Shown here: positions 1 to 9,610 of the stretch, piece by piece
Layout: each line of letters begins with the position of its first letter
How positions within the stretch are numbered: position 1 is the stretch's first letter
DNA from: Parcubacteria group bacterium
GTDB taxonomy: Bacteria > Patescibacteriota > Minisyncoccia > Phycocordibacterales > Phycocordibacteraceae
Assembly: GCA_028286605.1 (NCBI GenBank)
Contig: JAQBRE010000002.1
Span: 124,219 to 188,218, forward strand
Direction: 5' to 3'
Length of the DNA: 64,000 bases
Translations under genes and position numbers: made by a program
Notes under the pieces: model-generated
The model's input: the letters and a program-made list of their open reading frames with translations, nothing else
Databases searched by the model: none
Told to the model about the DNA's origin: nothing

Positions 1-653
1 GCCTCAAGAAGATGCCGTTTCATATGGTGAGCCATGTGGATGTTATACGGCTCGTTTCAGACAAGAATCACGAAAAGAATTACGTCGTCATACTTTCCAA
101 ACATCCGATCGCGAACACTGGAACGCTGCAGTTCTTCGATTTCCCGTTTCCGCTTCACACTCGATTTTTCATCGCGCTCATGAAGCCGTTCCATTTTTCA
201 TTCATCACAGAGCGCGGCGCCGTGTATGCGGATATAAATCTTGGAAATGGCGTCCTTACGCGCGTCTTCTCGGTGCACCTTACGTTGTGGGGTCCGCATA
301 ACCGTGCGAAGGAATTCGAGGCAGTGCTCGGGCATGTGCAGCCAGGAAGGCCGGCGATAGTCTGCGGTGATTTCAATATCATCGAATACGGCCCGATGAA
401 AATACTGAATTGGCTCCTCGGTTCACCGCTGCGAGAAGCGACACCGTGGTATCCGGAACGTGATTTATTCGAAGAACGTTTCGTTGCGGCAAAGATGCAT
501 AATCCGCTGAAAGGGAAAGTGACGCACGGATTCTCACGATCGCAGCTTGATCACATTCTTCTTACGGAAGGATTGAATGCGAAACGCGCATGGGTGCATC
601 CTGAACTGCATGGTTCCGACCACAACCCGGTTGCCGTTGAGCTCGTTACTTGA
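1..653 (+). CDS. Endonuclease/exonuclease/phosphatase (EEP) family protein, probably 5'-truncated by the window edge
   Basis: Motifs SVHL, IVCGDFN, QLDHILL and GSDHNPV are typical of the EEP fold. Confidence 0.85.
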   Translation, partial: LKKMPFHMVSHVDVIRLVSDKNHEKNYVVILSKHPIANTGTLQFFDFPFPLHTRFFIALMKPFHFSFITERGAVYADINLGNGVLTRVFSVHLTLWGPHNRAKEFEAVLGHVQPGRPAIVCGDFNIIEYGPMKILNWLLGSPLREATPWYPERDLFEERFVAAKMHNPLKGKVTHGFSRSQLDHILLTEGLNAKRAWVHPELHGSDHNPVAVELVT

Positions 654-1854
654 GGTTGTTCGCGCTTAGCAGCGTGTTGGCAAGCTGTGTTGCCTTGCTT
701 GCATACGCAGCAACGAGTGCTGTTGAATTGGTACTCGTTATATACGAAGTTAGATCGCTGCCCGATTCTAGCTTGAACGCACGCTGCAAATAACTCGTCG
801 TGATTGCATGGAGGTCTCGAGTGTTTATATCGCTACCGCTCGAGCTTGTCGTAATAAGGCCAACGAGCTGGCCGTTCTGATTCGCGATGCCGCCGCCCGA
901 AGAACCCTGCTGTGCCGCTGCGCCACCGCCAAGCGAGATGAGATCAACAGTATTCGTTCCGAAGGTGAAGCGATCCTGCACCGTGTCGTACACGAGAGTA
1001 GGGAACAAATCCGCTTCGATGCGCGCTGTCGTTAGGAACTCGGCGCCGTACGAACCGATAACCACCGGGTCACCGACCGTTGAGATTACATTTGCAAGCG
1101 GTACAAAAGAAAATGTTGAAGGGAGCGATGCGCTCGTATTGCTCCCGGTGATCGCAAGAAGCGCAAAGTCATTTTCGCCGGTGCCGGTAGGACTCGCAGA
1201 AGAGATCGTCTTCGAGTTAAGGGAAATCCAATTGCTGGATACATATATTGGCGCAGCTTTATATTCGTTCACTGCAGGGCTTCCGGTACGCACATAGCAG
1301 GTCATGAGATCCGGACGCGCTTCAGCGAGCAATTCATACTGTGCGACGTGCGCGACGGTAAGGATGATGCCACGCGGATCAATGATGATGCCGCTACCTG
1401 AAATGCCACGCAGCGGGCCTACATTATTTGGCAGGCAGATAATATTCACGAGCGCACTACGTAGATTCGGAAGCGCAAGACCAAGGGCTGTTTGGGTGGG
1501 CGATTGCGCGGAGGTCGCGGCAGGTGCGGGTGCGCTCGCAGGAAGAGGTGCCGACGTGCCGGCAGCAGCTGCCGGCTTCTTCACGGGCGTGGTGGTTGCT
1601 ACAGAAACAGTCTTGCTTGGAGTGGACGAGGACGTGGTTGCGAAGGGTATCGTAACGGTAGCCCTCGTTGCGTTGCGTATGGAAAGAAGCTGCTTCAGCA
1701 GCTCGACGATTCGAGAGGTATCAAAAAGAATAGTGGTTTGAGCAGTGTTCGAAGTCTCTGCCGCAGCTAGCTGGTTGGAGGAGCCAATGAAAAAATAGGC
1801 CGCACTGGCGGAAAACATAAGGGCCGCAATTATAGCCAGAATCCTGAGTCGCAT
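646..1854 (-). CDS. Secreted or membrane-anchored trypsin-like serine protease with a Thr/Ala/Pro-rich linker
   Basis: N-terminal hydrophobic helix; GSGIIIDPRGIILTVAHV (His), DFALL (Asp), GSSGGG (Ser). Start set to the ATG at 1854. Confidence 0.8.
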   Translation of the reverse strand: MRLRILAIIAALMFSASAAYFFIGSSNQLAAAETSNTAQTTILFDTSRIVELLKQLLSIRNATRATVTIPFATTSSSTPSKTVSVATTTPVKKPAAAAGTSAPLPASAPAPAATSAQSPTQTALGLALPNLRSALVNIICLPNNVGPLRGISGSGIIIDPRGIILTVAHVAQYELLAEARPDLMTCYVRTGSPAVNEYKAAPIYVSSNWISLNSKTISSASPTGTGENDFALLAITGSNTSASLPSTFSFVPLANVISTVGDPVVIGSYGAEFLTTARIEADLFPTLVYDTVQDRFTFGTNTVDLISLGGGAAAQQGSSGGGIANQNGQLVGLITTSSSGSDINTRDLHAITTSYLQRAFKLESGSDLTSYITSTNSTALVAAYASKATQLANTLLSANNLK

Positions 1855-1926
1855 AGCCGTAGAGTACAACAAGACGCTCAAAAAGATAGCTAAGACCTAT
1901 CTAAATGTGGTATCCTCGCACATACA

Positions 1927-2000
1927 GCGGGATTAGTTTAATGGTAGAACATCAGTTTTCCAAACTGAGAGCAGGAGTCCGATTCTCCTATCCCGCACCA
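1927..2000 (+). tRNA. tRNA-Gly (TCC)
   Basis: Acceptor stem GCGGGAT/ATCCCGC, anticodon arm TCAGT-TT-TCC-AA-ACTGA, encoded CCA end. Confidence 0.95.
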
Positions 2001-2007
2001 TAAAAAG

Positions 2008-2033
2008 AAGGTTCCGGAATAATTCGGAACCTT
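2008..2033. terminator. Hairpin terminator after tRNA-Gly and the convergent ORF
   Basis: AAGGTTCCGG-AATAAT-TCGGAACCTT inverted repeat. Confidence 0.6.
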
Positions 2034-2054
2034 ACAAGGTGCTGTGTGCTGTCG

Positions 2055-2567
2055 TTACATCAAGAAAGAGTTTCCTCCTGACAAATAGACTCGGGCCATG
2101 CGCTGCGGCGGGCCAATAAACCAAAACATTGGGCGCCACTCAACTTCGGCACGCACTCCTTTTCGCTCATGCGCGATGATAATACGCGAAGCCCAGCCAT
2201 GATTTATATATAAGGATTCGATCTTGTCAGCATCCATTTCCTGATTGAAGTCTGCAAACGTGAATATCCTTTTTGCAGCCTCATCAGTTAATCGCAAACC
2301 AGCCTCTTGGAGAGTGTCCTGTTCAATAGAGACAGGCGCTAGTGCTTGAAATGAGGTGAGAAACGTGTGCGTACGCGTAACGCTTGCAGGAGTATTTGGG
2401 TAGAACATCCCCATTACGTCCACTATGCGCATGTAGTGCAGTTCATCGGGTAGGGTATATATGGCCGGCCGATACAGCTTGGGTTGCGGAGAAAGATATT
2501 CAGGCAAAAAGGCATGTGCATTCAAAGCATATACTCCCTCACTCTGTAAAACAGCCCAATTAAGCAT
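2055..2567 (-). CDS. Hypothetical protein (~170 aa)
   Basis: Fills the gap between the tRNA and padR; ATG at 2567 has a TAAACT -10-like box upstream; no recognised motif. Confidence 0.45.
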   Translation of the reverse strand: MLNWAVLQSEGVYALNAHAFLPEYLSPQPKLYRPAIYTLPDELHYMRIVDVMGMFYPNTPASVTRTHTFLTSFQALAPVSIEQDTLQEAGLRLTDEAAKRIFTFADFNQEMDADKIESLYINHGWASRIIIAHERKGVRAEVEWRPMFWFIGPPQRMARVYLSGGNSFLM

Positions 2568-2607
2568 ATCAATTGAGAGTTTAAGAACGCCTGAAGCCTT
2601 CACACTA

Positions 2608-2651
2608 TTGACACCCTTTCTTTGGTACGCTACCTTGGTAAAGAAAGGTAG
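2608..2651 (+). promoter_or_regulatory. Sigma70-type promoter with overlapping palindromic operator for padR-pspC
   Basis: TTGACA(2608)-17 nt-TACCTT(2631); inverted repeat CTACCTT-N8-AAGGTAG at 2630-2651. Confidence 0.65.
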
Positions 2652-2652
2652 T

Positions 2653-2991
2653 ATGGAAAACACAGAAACAACTGAACCAAAAGAACGATTCATTGCGATA
2701 CGCCGAGGACTCCTAGAGTTTTTGGTGCTTAAGGTCATAGCAGGAGGGAAGGTATACGCCGCAGATATCCTTTCAAAGCTTGCTGCTACGGACTTCGCGA
2801 CCCAGGAAGGAACTTTGTATCCGCTTCTAAGCAAGCTTCGCCGTGAAGGTCTGCTTGATCATGAATGGCAGGAGTCTGAATCTGGACCGCCTCGAAAATA
2901 CTACCTGCTAACTGAAAAGGGCAGGGAACAGCTGGAAGAGACGAATCAGTACTGGAAGACGATTATAAAGACCGTGGACGAACTAGCCTAA
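2653..2991 (+). CDS. PadR family transcriptional regulator
   Basis: RRGLLEFLVL, EGTLYPLLSKL, W.ESESGPPRKYY.LTEKG motifs. Confidence 0.92.
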   Translation: MENTETTEPKERFIAIRRGLLEFLVLKVIAGGKVYAADILSKLAATDFATQEGTLYPLLSKLRREGLLDHEWQESESGPPRKYYLLTEKGREQLEETNQYWKTIIKTVDELA

Positions 2992-2996
2992 CTTTT

Positions 2997-4019
2997 ATGA
3001 ACAAAGTCACGACGATAAACCTGGGCGGCAATGCATATCAGCTGGAAGAGCCAGGGTACGACAAGCTGCATGCATACCTAGATGATGCGACGGCAAAGCT
3101 CGGCAGCAATCCGGATGCTCAGGAGATAATCCTCGATCTTGAACGCGCGATCGCAGAGAAATGCGATACGTATCTCGTTCGCGGAAAGACTGTCGTTTCT
3201 ACGAATGATGTGGAGCAAATAATAAAAGATATGGGTCCAGTACATGCAACGGAAGGTGATGATCACACCTCTGCTTCACAGGCAACGCCGAGTGATTCTA
3301 CGAAACGGCTGTACCGCGTCCGCGAAGGTGCGTGGATCTTCGGCGTCTGTTCAGGACTTGCTGCATACCTCGATGTTAATGTCGCATTGATCCGTATTAT
3401 CGCCGTGATACTTCTTCTCGTGACGCACGGAGGCATGATACTTATATACTTCATCGCAGCGATATTCATTCACCGTGCGGATACGCCTGAGAAGCGTGCT
3501 GCAGCGCACGGCGTACCGTTCTCAACTCAAGATTTCATTGCCCGAGCGCATGATCTTGGCGACGAATTCAAGACAAGCAGCAAGGAGTGGAAACGCTATA
3601 GCCGTTCTATGAAACGCGATTATCGTGCGCAGTATCAGGAGTACCACGGCTGGTCTGCCTTCGGTCCGCTGTTCGGCATACTTTCGCTGGTGTGGGTATT
3701 CGCGTTGATTTCCGTCATAACGACTCATGCTATTTTCGGACTTGCTCTGCCTGTAACCATGCCTATCTGGCTCGCTATCGTACTTATGGCAGTTGCATAC
3801 AGCGTAGTTATTTCACCTCTGCGTTATCTCGCTTTCTCGCATGGCGGTCATGGAAAGGATTGGAAACATGGGCCACATAGCGGAGGACCCATAGGTTTTC
3901 TTCTTCAGATCCTCGTCATCTGGTTTATCGGATGGCTGTTCTATAGGTACGTGCCAACGGTGCACGACTTCCTGAACATGGTCTGGATGCAACTGCAACA
4001 GGTTCCTTGGCTTCGCTAG
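2997..4019 (+). CDS. PspC domain-containing membrane protein
   Basis: KRLYR...IFGVCSGLAAY PspC motif, N-terminal helical domain, several TM helices, directly after padR. Confidence 0.88.
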   Translation: MNKVTTINLGGNAYQLEEPGYDKLHAYLDDATAKLGSNPDAQEIILDLERAIAEKCDTYLVRGKTVVSTNDVEQIIKDMGPVHATEGDDHTSASQATPSDSTKRLYRVREGAWIFGVCSGLAAYLDVNVALIRIIAVILLLVTHGGMILIYFIAAIFIHRADTPEKRAAAHGVPFSTQDFIARAHDLGDEFKTSSKEWKRYSRSMKRDYRAQYQEYHGWSAFGPLFGILSLVWVFALISVITTHAIFGLALPVTMPIWLAIVLMAVAYSVVISPLRYLAFSHGGHGKDWKHGPHSGGPIGFLLQILVIWFIGWLFYRYVPTVHDFLNMVWMQLQQVPWLR

Positions 4020-4025
4020 AGAATA

Positions 4026-4063
4026 TTGACGCTACAGGTGAGCTGTAATACAATGTATTACAT
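4026..4063 (+). promoter_or_regulatory. TA operon promoter with palindromic operator
   Basis: TTGACG(4026)-17 nt-TACAAT(4049); palindrome TGTAATAC-AAT-GTATTACA spans the -10 box to the start codon. Confidence 0.7.
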
Positions 4064-4268
4064 GCGAAGCGTACTTAATATTTCACTCCCCGCATCAACG
4101 GTTCGCGATATCAAACGCGAAGTTAAGAGCGGAGGCTATGCATCTGTAAGCGAATACATTCGACAGATCATTCGTGATCGACAGGAAGACCAGCTCTTGA
4201 AAGAAATAAAGAAAGAACGAGCTGCAGGACTAACAAAGCTGCACTCTCTTCGAGATCTTATGAAGTAG
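4062..4268 (+). CDS. Ribbon-helix-helix antitoxin (ParD/CopG-like)
   Basis: LNISLP...VKSGGYASVSEYIRQIIR signature; upstream of a RelE-like toxin. Confidence 0.82.
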   Translation: MRSVLNISLPASTVRDIKREVKSGGYASVSEYIRQIIRDRQEDQLLKEIKKERAAGLTKLHSLRDLMK

Positions 4269-4277
4269 ACGCGACAT

Positions 4278-4538
4278 ATGGAAATTCTTTATACGGTTCG
4301 ATTTAAGAAGGATTTCCACAAACTGCCCAAACAGATTCAGTTGCGAGCCCTCGAAAGAGAAGAATGGTTTCTCGCTGATCCGTTCGATCCGCGCCTCAAA
4401 ACTCACTCTCTCAATGGTAAACTCTCAAAACTATATTCATTTTCTATAACCGATTCGTATCGAATATTGTTCGGGTTTGGAGAGGGCAGGAAAGTGGCAG
4501 AATTCTTCCGAATAGGGAGGCACGATATATACGATTAG
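4278..4538 (+). CDS. RelE/YafQ-superfamily mRNA interferase toxin
   Basis: F.KDF.KL, P.LKTH.L.G, YRILF, IG.HDIY motifs; 86 aa. Confidence 0.87.
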   Translation: MEILYTVRFKKDFHKLPKQIQLRALEREEWFLADPFDPRLKTHSLNGKLSKLYSFSITDSYRILFGFGEGRKVAEFFRIGRHDIYD

Positions 4539-4585
4539 CTTGGGTGTTCGATTGATTTTCATCTTTGCAGGCGTAGGCTTTAAGG

Positions 4586-5752
4586 ATGGAACCTCTGGCA
4601 GCGCGATTGCGTCCTAAGAACCTCGATGAATTCGTCGGGCAGGAGCATTTGGTAGGAGAAGGGAAGCCGCTACGCGTGGCGATAGAGAAGAAGCACCGCT
4701 TCTCGTTCATTCTGTGGGGACCGCCAGGCACCGGTAAGACGACGATCGCACGCATCTACGCGCGTGCGCTTGATGCGGACCTCTTCGAGCTTTCTGCCGT
4801 TTCAGCAGGGAAGGAAGATATCCGGCAGATAGTGGGGGAAGGGAAGAAAGGACCGCAGGAACCGTTCGCGAACGATGCGTTCGCGCCGGAACGGCCGAAG
4901 GTTCTGTTCCTGGACGAAATACATCGTTTTAATAAATCACAGCAGGATTTCCTGTTGCCGTATGTTGAAAGTGGAAAGCTGACGCTCATAGGTGCGACCA
5001 CAGAGAATCCGAGCTTCGAGGTTATCCCTGCGCTTCTTTCACGTTGCCGTGTGTTCGTACTCGAACCACTCTCTGAGGAATCACTGCGAGCAATCGTGAA
5101 GCGCGCAAAGCTGAAGCTCGGCAAGGACGCATTCGAATGGCTGATGGGATATTCCAATGGCGACGCGCGTCGTGCGCTCACGCTGCTTGATAGCACGATG
5201 AGCCTATATGGAAAAATAACGGTGGAGACACTGAACAAAGCGCTCGAATCGCCGCACCTTCGCTACGACAAGAAAGGCGACGAGCATTACGACACCATCA
5301 GCGCATTCATAAAGAGCATGCGTGCCTCACAGCCCGATGCCGCTATGTATTACTTAGCGCGCATGGTTGAAGCCGGAGAGGATCCTCTTTTCATTGCGCG
5401 CAGGATGGTTATATTCGCTTCGGAAGATGTCGGCTTAGCTCAGCCGACTGCGTTGGTAGTTGCGAACGCTGTGTTCCGCGCGTGCGAAGTGATCGGCTAT
5501 CCGGAATGCGCGATTAATCTTGCACATGGCGTCGCATACCTAGCGCAGGCGAAGAAGGATCGTACGGCCTACGACGCGCTACGTGCCGCTCAGGCAGACA
5601 TAAAGAAGCTGGGTAACCTTCCGGTGCCTAAGAACATTCGCAACGCGCCTACGAAGCTCATGAAGGATTTGGACTATGGAAAAGGCTATGAGATGTATGA
5701 CGAAGAAAGCTATATGCCCGAAAAGTTGAAGAAGAGGAAGTATTTTGAATAA
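4586..5752 (+). CDS. rarA: Replication-associated recombination protein A (MgsA/RarA AAA+ ATPase)
   Basis: PLAARLRP, GPPGTGKTT, DEIHRFNK.QQD, GATTENP, HYDTISAFIKSMR, ASEDVG. Confidence 0.95.
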   Translation: MEPLAARLRPKNLDEFVGQEHLVGEGKPLRVAIEKKHRFSFILWGPPGTGKTTIARIYARALDADLFELSAVSAGKEDIRQIVGEGKKGPQEPFANDAFAPERPKVLFLDEIHRFNKSQQDFLLPYVESGKLTLIGATTENPSFEVIPALLSRCRVFVLEPLSEESLRAIVKRAKLKLGKDAFEWLMGYSNGDARRALTLLDSTMSLYGKITVETLNKALESPHLRYDKKGDEHYDTISAFIKSMRASQPDAAMYYLARMVEAGEDPLFIARRMVIFASEDVGLAQPTALVVANAVFRACEVIGYPECAINLAHGVAYLAQAKKDRTAYDALRAAQADIKKLGNLPVPKNIRNAPTKLMKDLDYGKGYEMYDEESYMPEKLKKRKYFE

Positions 5753-5755
5753 GCA

Positions 5756-5792
5756 AAAGTAAAAGCCCCGTTGGAAACGGGGCTTTTACTTT
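5756..5792. terminator. Bidirectional intrinsic terminator between rarA and hup
   Basis: AAAGTAAAAGCCCCGTT-GGA-AACGGGGCTTTTACTTT. Confidence 0.85.
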
Positions 5793-5806
5793 ATCCGAAT
5801 CGGATA

Positions 5807-6082
5807 TTACTTAACTGCGTCCTTGAGGGCCTTTGCAGCTGAGAACTTAGGAGAACGTGTAGCAGGAACCTTGATTTGCTCGCCAGTGCGAGGGTTACGA
5901 GCCATACGTGCAGCACGTGGCTTTGCGCGGAAGATTCCGAGGCCTGCGATCGAGATCTCGTCACCAGCCTTGAGGCCGCTTACGATTGCATCGATCATTG
6001 TCTCTACGGCGCGCTCTGCGTCAGCTTTCGTGCCGCCGAGTACGTCCTGCACCTTCATTACGATATCTGCTTTATTTGCCAT
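5807..6082 (-). CDS. hup: DNA-binding protein HU
   Basis: GLGIF, AARMARNPRTGE, PKFSAAKALK motifs; 91 aa. Confidence 0.95.
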   Translation of the reverse strand: MANKADIVMKVQDVLGGTKADAERAVETMIDAIVSGLKAGDEISIAGLGIFRAKPRAARMARNPRTGEQIKVPATRSPKFSAAKALKDAVK

Positions 6083-6237
6083 AGATAAAATCTTTAGGGG
6101 TTTTTAGGGCTAAGTCCTCCGGGGAGGTCTGTGAAGAAAGTATAGGAAATGAGCCATATAACGCAATAGGGCCAAAAATATGAGGGGGATAGCGAAAATC
6201 CCTTGACAAACTATCAATAATAGAGTATTGTATATTC

Positions 6238-6325
6238 AGAGCAGGAAAAAAGATCCCTGTAGTGCTAAACCTCTATGCGAGGATAGCAAAAACCCCGGCG
6301 GAAAATAACGCCGGGGTTTGTTGTT
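6238..6325 (+). ncRNA. Candidate small RNA (promoter, two hairpins, terminator, no credible ORF)
   Basis: TTGACA(6203)-17-TATTGT(6226); hairpins at 6241-6260 and 6264-6287; terminator stem at 6290-6319. Confidence 0.4.
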
Positions 6326-6342
6326 TCTGCTTATTTCAATAC

Positions 6343-7872
6343 TTAGCGTGCGAACTCGACGACACGGTTCTCGCGGATGACATTCACTTTGATTTCGCCA
6401 GGATATTTGAGTTCCTCCTGTATGCGTACGGCGATTTCACGTGCCAGCTTGTGCGTTTCAAGGTCTGATACCTTGCCTGGGTTCACGAAGATGCGAATTT
6501 CACGGCCTGCCTGAATGGCGAATACCTTTTCAACGCCCGGGAAGCTCTTGGCGATGCGTTCGAGGTCTCCAAGGCGCTCAAGATAGCGTTCGATAGTGTC
6601 ACGGCGTGCGCCAGGGCGTGAAGCAGAGATGCTGTCTGCCACCTGCACGATGATAGACTCCGGCGTTTCATAGGGATATTCCTCATGATGCGCCTGCATA
6701 GCCTGAATGATTGGCTTCGCTACGCCGAACTTCTCAAGAATACGACGGCCTATTTCAACATGCGTGCCTTGAACCTCATGATCCACCGCTTTGCCGATGT
6801 CATGAAGAAGTGCGCCTGCGCGGGCAACCTCAGCATCTGCACCAAGCTCATCAGCAAGCATGCCGGCGATGTGCGCCATCTCTATGGAGTGCTGCAATAC
6901 GTTCTGGCCATAACTGGTGCGGAAGTGCAGGCGGCCGATAAGCGTTATAAGGCGTGGATCAAGGCCCACGATGCCCACTTCATACGCAGCTTCTTCACCT
7001 TTCTGCTTAACGATAGCCTCGACTTCCTGCTTCGCCTTCTCAACGAGCTCCTCAATCTTTGCCGGCTGAATACGGCCGTCTTCGATAAGGCGCTCAAGCG
7101 CTATCTTCGCGATGTGGCGACGGAGCGGATCGAAGGATGAAAGCGTAATCTTATCCGGTCCATCATCGATGATGACGTCTACGCCCGTTGCGCGCTCGAA
7201 TGCCTTGATGTTACGGCCTTCTTTTCCGATGATCTTGCCCTTCATCTCTTCGGTGGGGAGCTGCACAGAGAGCGTCATGATGTCCGTATTCACGGCATTG
7301 CCCATGCGATGAATGGCGGTGAGGAGAATGCCGCGCGCTTTCTCTTCCATGCGCTCACGACCATTGGTCTCAAGCTTCTGGATACGCGAAAGGATCGCAT
7401 TCTCATGAATGTGCTCAATATTGCTGAGCAGTTTCGTACGCGCTTCTTCTTCGGAAAGCTCTGCGATGCGAGCAAGCTCTGCTTGCTCGCTGCGAATGAG
7501 TGCTTCTGCGTCCTTCTTAAGGTTCGTTGCTTCGTTCTCGCGCATCTTCACCTGATCGGAAAGCTCCGTAAGGTTCTGTTCGCGCTCGTCGAGGAACTCC
7601 TCGCGCTTCGTGATGCGTGCGACATAGGTTTCCAAACGCTTCTCACGCTCTTTTATAGGCGCTTCAGCTTCTTTCTCTATATCTTCGGCACGCGCTTCTG
7701 CTTCCGCGATGATGCGGCTGACGCGTTCTTTCGCATCAAGCATGCGCTGTTTCACTTCAAGCTCCAGCGAGCCGCGCTGACCGAGTGCGATCAAAAGGCG
7801 AAGCACATAGCCAAGCGCGATGCCTGCCGTGCCGGAAATGGCGAGCAGTATCAATACTAATTTTATGGACAT
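6343..7872 (-). CDS. rny: Ribonuclease Y
   Basis: N-terminal TM helix, coiled coil, KH domain (KGKIIGKEGRNI), RTSYGQNVL.HS, LLHDIGKA HD domain. Confidence 0.97.
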   Translation of the reverse strand: MSIKLVLILLAISGTAGIALGYVLRLLIALGQRGSLELEVKQRMLDAKERVSRIIAEAEARAEDIEKEAEAPIKEREKRLETYVARITKREEFLDEREQNLTELSDQVKMRENEATNLKKDAEALIRSEQAELARIAELSEEEARTKLLSNIEHIHENAILSRIQKLETNGRERMEEKARGILLTAIHRMGNAVNTDIMTLSVQLPTEEMKGKIIGKEGRNIKAFERATGVDVIIDDGPDKITLSSFDPLRRHIAKIALERLIEDGRIQPAKIEELVEKAKQEVEAIVKQKGEEAAYEVGIVGLDPRLITLIGRLHFRTSYGQNVLQHSIEMAHIAGMLADELGADAEVARAGALLHDIGKAVDHEVQGTHVEIGRRILEKFGVAKPIIQAMQAHHEEYPYETPESIIVQVADSISASRPGARRDTIERYLERLGDLERIAKSFPGVEKVFAIQAGREIRIFVNPGKVSDLETHKLAREIAVRIQEELKYPGEIKVNVIRENRVVEFAR

Positions 7873-7981
7873 AAAACAATTTGGGGCCTAGGTAGGCGGC
7901 AGAGCCGTCCACCAAGGAATAGGTCAAATAAGGTCGAACACACGCACCTTACTACGATTACTACGCGCGGTAAAACCGAGC

Positions 7982-8593
7982 TTATTTCGTTTTGTAGACC
8001 TGGTCGACGAGGCCATACTTCTTTGCATCGTCTGCGGAAAGGTAGTAGTCGCGATCAACATCTATTTCAACCTTCGAAAGCGGCTGGCCCGTAGTCTTTG
8101 CAAGAATCTTATTCAGGCGATCACGGAGCGAAAGGATACGCTTTGCGCTGATCTCGATGTCAGAAGCCTGTCCTTCGGCGCCACCGTGTGGCTGGTGAAT
8201 CATGATGTCTGCGTTGGGAAGCGCGAAGCGCTTCCCCTTAGCACCAGACGCAAGGATGATAGAACCCATCGAAGCTGCCATGCCGATAGCAACAGTCGCC
8301 ACATCAGGTTTCACATGGTTCATCGCATCAACGATAGCGAGGCCGGAGTGCACATGGCCGCCTGGTGAGTTCACGTAGAGCCAGATATCACGCTTCGGAT
8401 CTTCGGTCTCAAGGAAGAGAAGCTGCGAAATAATGAGGTTCGCGACATCATCATCGATAGGGCCGCCAAGGAAGATAATACGGTCCTTAAGCAGGCGGGA
8501 ATATATATCGTATGCACGCTCGCCGAACTGGGACTTTTCAAGCACCATCGGCACCAGCATCGAAGACGGGGAAGTTGATTTGTTCATAGCCAT
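7982..8593 (-). CDS. clpP: ATP-dependent Clp protease proteolytic subunit
   Basis: [24 protein letters not shown] (Ser), MIHQP (His). Confidence 0.97.
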   Translation of the reverse strand: MAMNKSTSPSSMLVPMVLEKSQFGERAYDIYSRLLKDRIIFLGGPIDDDVANLIISQLLFLETEDPKRDIWLYVNSPGGHVHSGLAIVDAMNHVKPDVATVAIGMAASMGSIILASGAKGKRFALPNADIMIHQPHGGAEGQASDIEISAKRILSLRDRLNKILAKTTGQPLSKVEIDVDRDYYLSADDAKKYGLVDQVYKTK

Positions 8594-8641
8594 AGTCCTT
8601 TCATGGTATCAAAAAGCAGGATTTCCGTATACTCTGACGAT

Positions 8642-9304
8642 ATGAAACGCCACGCACTCAACTTCCGCATCCTATATCAGTTCGCTTTCAGTCTTCTTAT
8701 TATTGCTGCGCTCACCACGCAATTCATATACGGAGGCTTAGCAGCTGGATTCACATTTCCCTATATCGCGCTCTTCATCAGCTACTTTACGATCCTGAGC
8801 AATATATTAGTTGCAATCGCGCTAGCAGGGGAAGCGAGCGCGAGCTTGAACCAACGCCCGCTTTCAGGACGTTTCGAATGGATGCGCGGTTTCGCGGTCT
8901 TCTGCATAATCGCAACGGGTATTACGTACACATTCTTCCCGCATGCACCGGGCGGAGCGATGCTCCAAATCGATAACTCATTGTCGTGGGCGAACACCGT
9001 CTTTCATCACATCATGCCGATCGTCGCTGCGCTTGATTGGATCCTGTTTCCTCCGAAACGCGTCGTGCGCTGGATCTCCGTCGTGTATTGGATACTGCTT
9101 ACGGCGGTATACGCCATATACGTAGAAGTGCTTGGCGCAATGAGCGGCGTGTATCCGTATTTCTTCCTTGATCCGACAAAACTTGGCGGCTATGCAGGAG
9201 TGTCTCGCGCCGCATTAGGATTCATTCCGTTCTTCCTGGTGTTCGGCGTCGGCATCGTTCTCGCGAACAAGCTTCGCGTCGGGTTCAAGAAAAGTAAGGG
9301 CTAG
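8642..9304 (+). CDS. Pr6Pr / FAR-17a-like integral membrane protein
   Basis: YFTILSNIL, H..MP....DW, YPYFFLD motifs; about 6 TM helices. Confidence 0.75.
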   Translation: MKRHALNFRILYQFAFSLLIIAALTTQFIYGGLAAGFTFPYIALFISYFTILSNILVAIALAGEASASLNQRPLSGRFEWMRGFAVFCIIATGITYTFFPHAPGGAMLQIDNSLSWANTVFHHIMPIVAALDWILFPPKRVVRWISVVYWILLTAVYAIYVEVLGAMSGVYPYFFLDPTKLGGYAGVSRAALGFIPFFLVFGVGIVLANKLRVGFKKSKG

Positions 9305-9537
9305 TGTGTCGTGCTGGACGTAACGGGAACGGGCTGTATCTGCGCGATGCGCTTGCCCCATGCGTAGAAGGCACCGACGACGATCATCACGAGGATGAGC
9401 ACGATGATTACGATTGCTCCATACGATGCTTGCTTCTGCTTCGCGATGCTTGAAGAGATCGGAGGAACGATGGGTGCGGGGGCAACGATAGGCACAACAG
9501 GTTCGTTAGTAACGGGAGTTTGAGTTGGGGTGTCCAT
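9301..9537 (-). CDS. Small single-pass membrane protein
   Basis: Pro/Thr-rich N-terminus and one TM helix (GAIVIIVLILVMIVVGAFYAW). Confidence 0.7.
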   Translation of the reverse strand: MDTPTQTPVTNEPVVPIVAPAPIVPPISSSIAKQKQASYGAIVIIVLILVMIVVGAFYAWGKRIAQIQPVPVTSSTTH

Positions 9538-9610
9538 ATATAAAGATGATGCCCCTAAGTATAGAGGCATCATCTTTCAAACCAAAATAAAGAATGTTTA
9601 CTGCTGCCGT

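Noticed and set aside
2055-2567. Second DGR-type target (aromatic C-terminus ending RVYLSGGNSFLM)
   Set aside because: It lacks the NNC codon bias and the W...G.RVF motif seen at 59252-59356.
1927-4538. Integrated element at tRNA-Gly
   Set aside because: No integrase and no duplicated tRNA 3' end were found downstream; the cargo is ordinary.
7873-7981. 6S RNA upstream of rny
   Set aside because: Only about 110 nt are available and there is no long rod with a central bubble.
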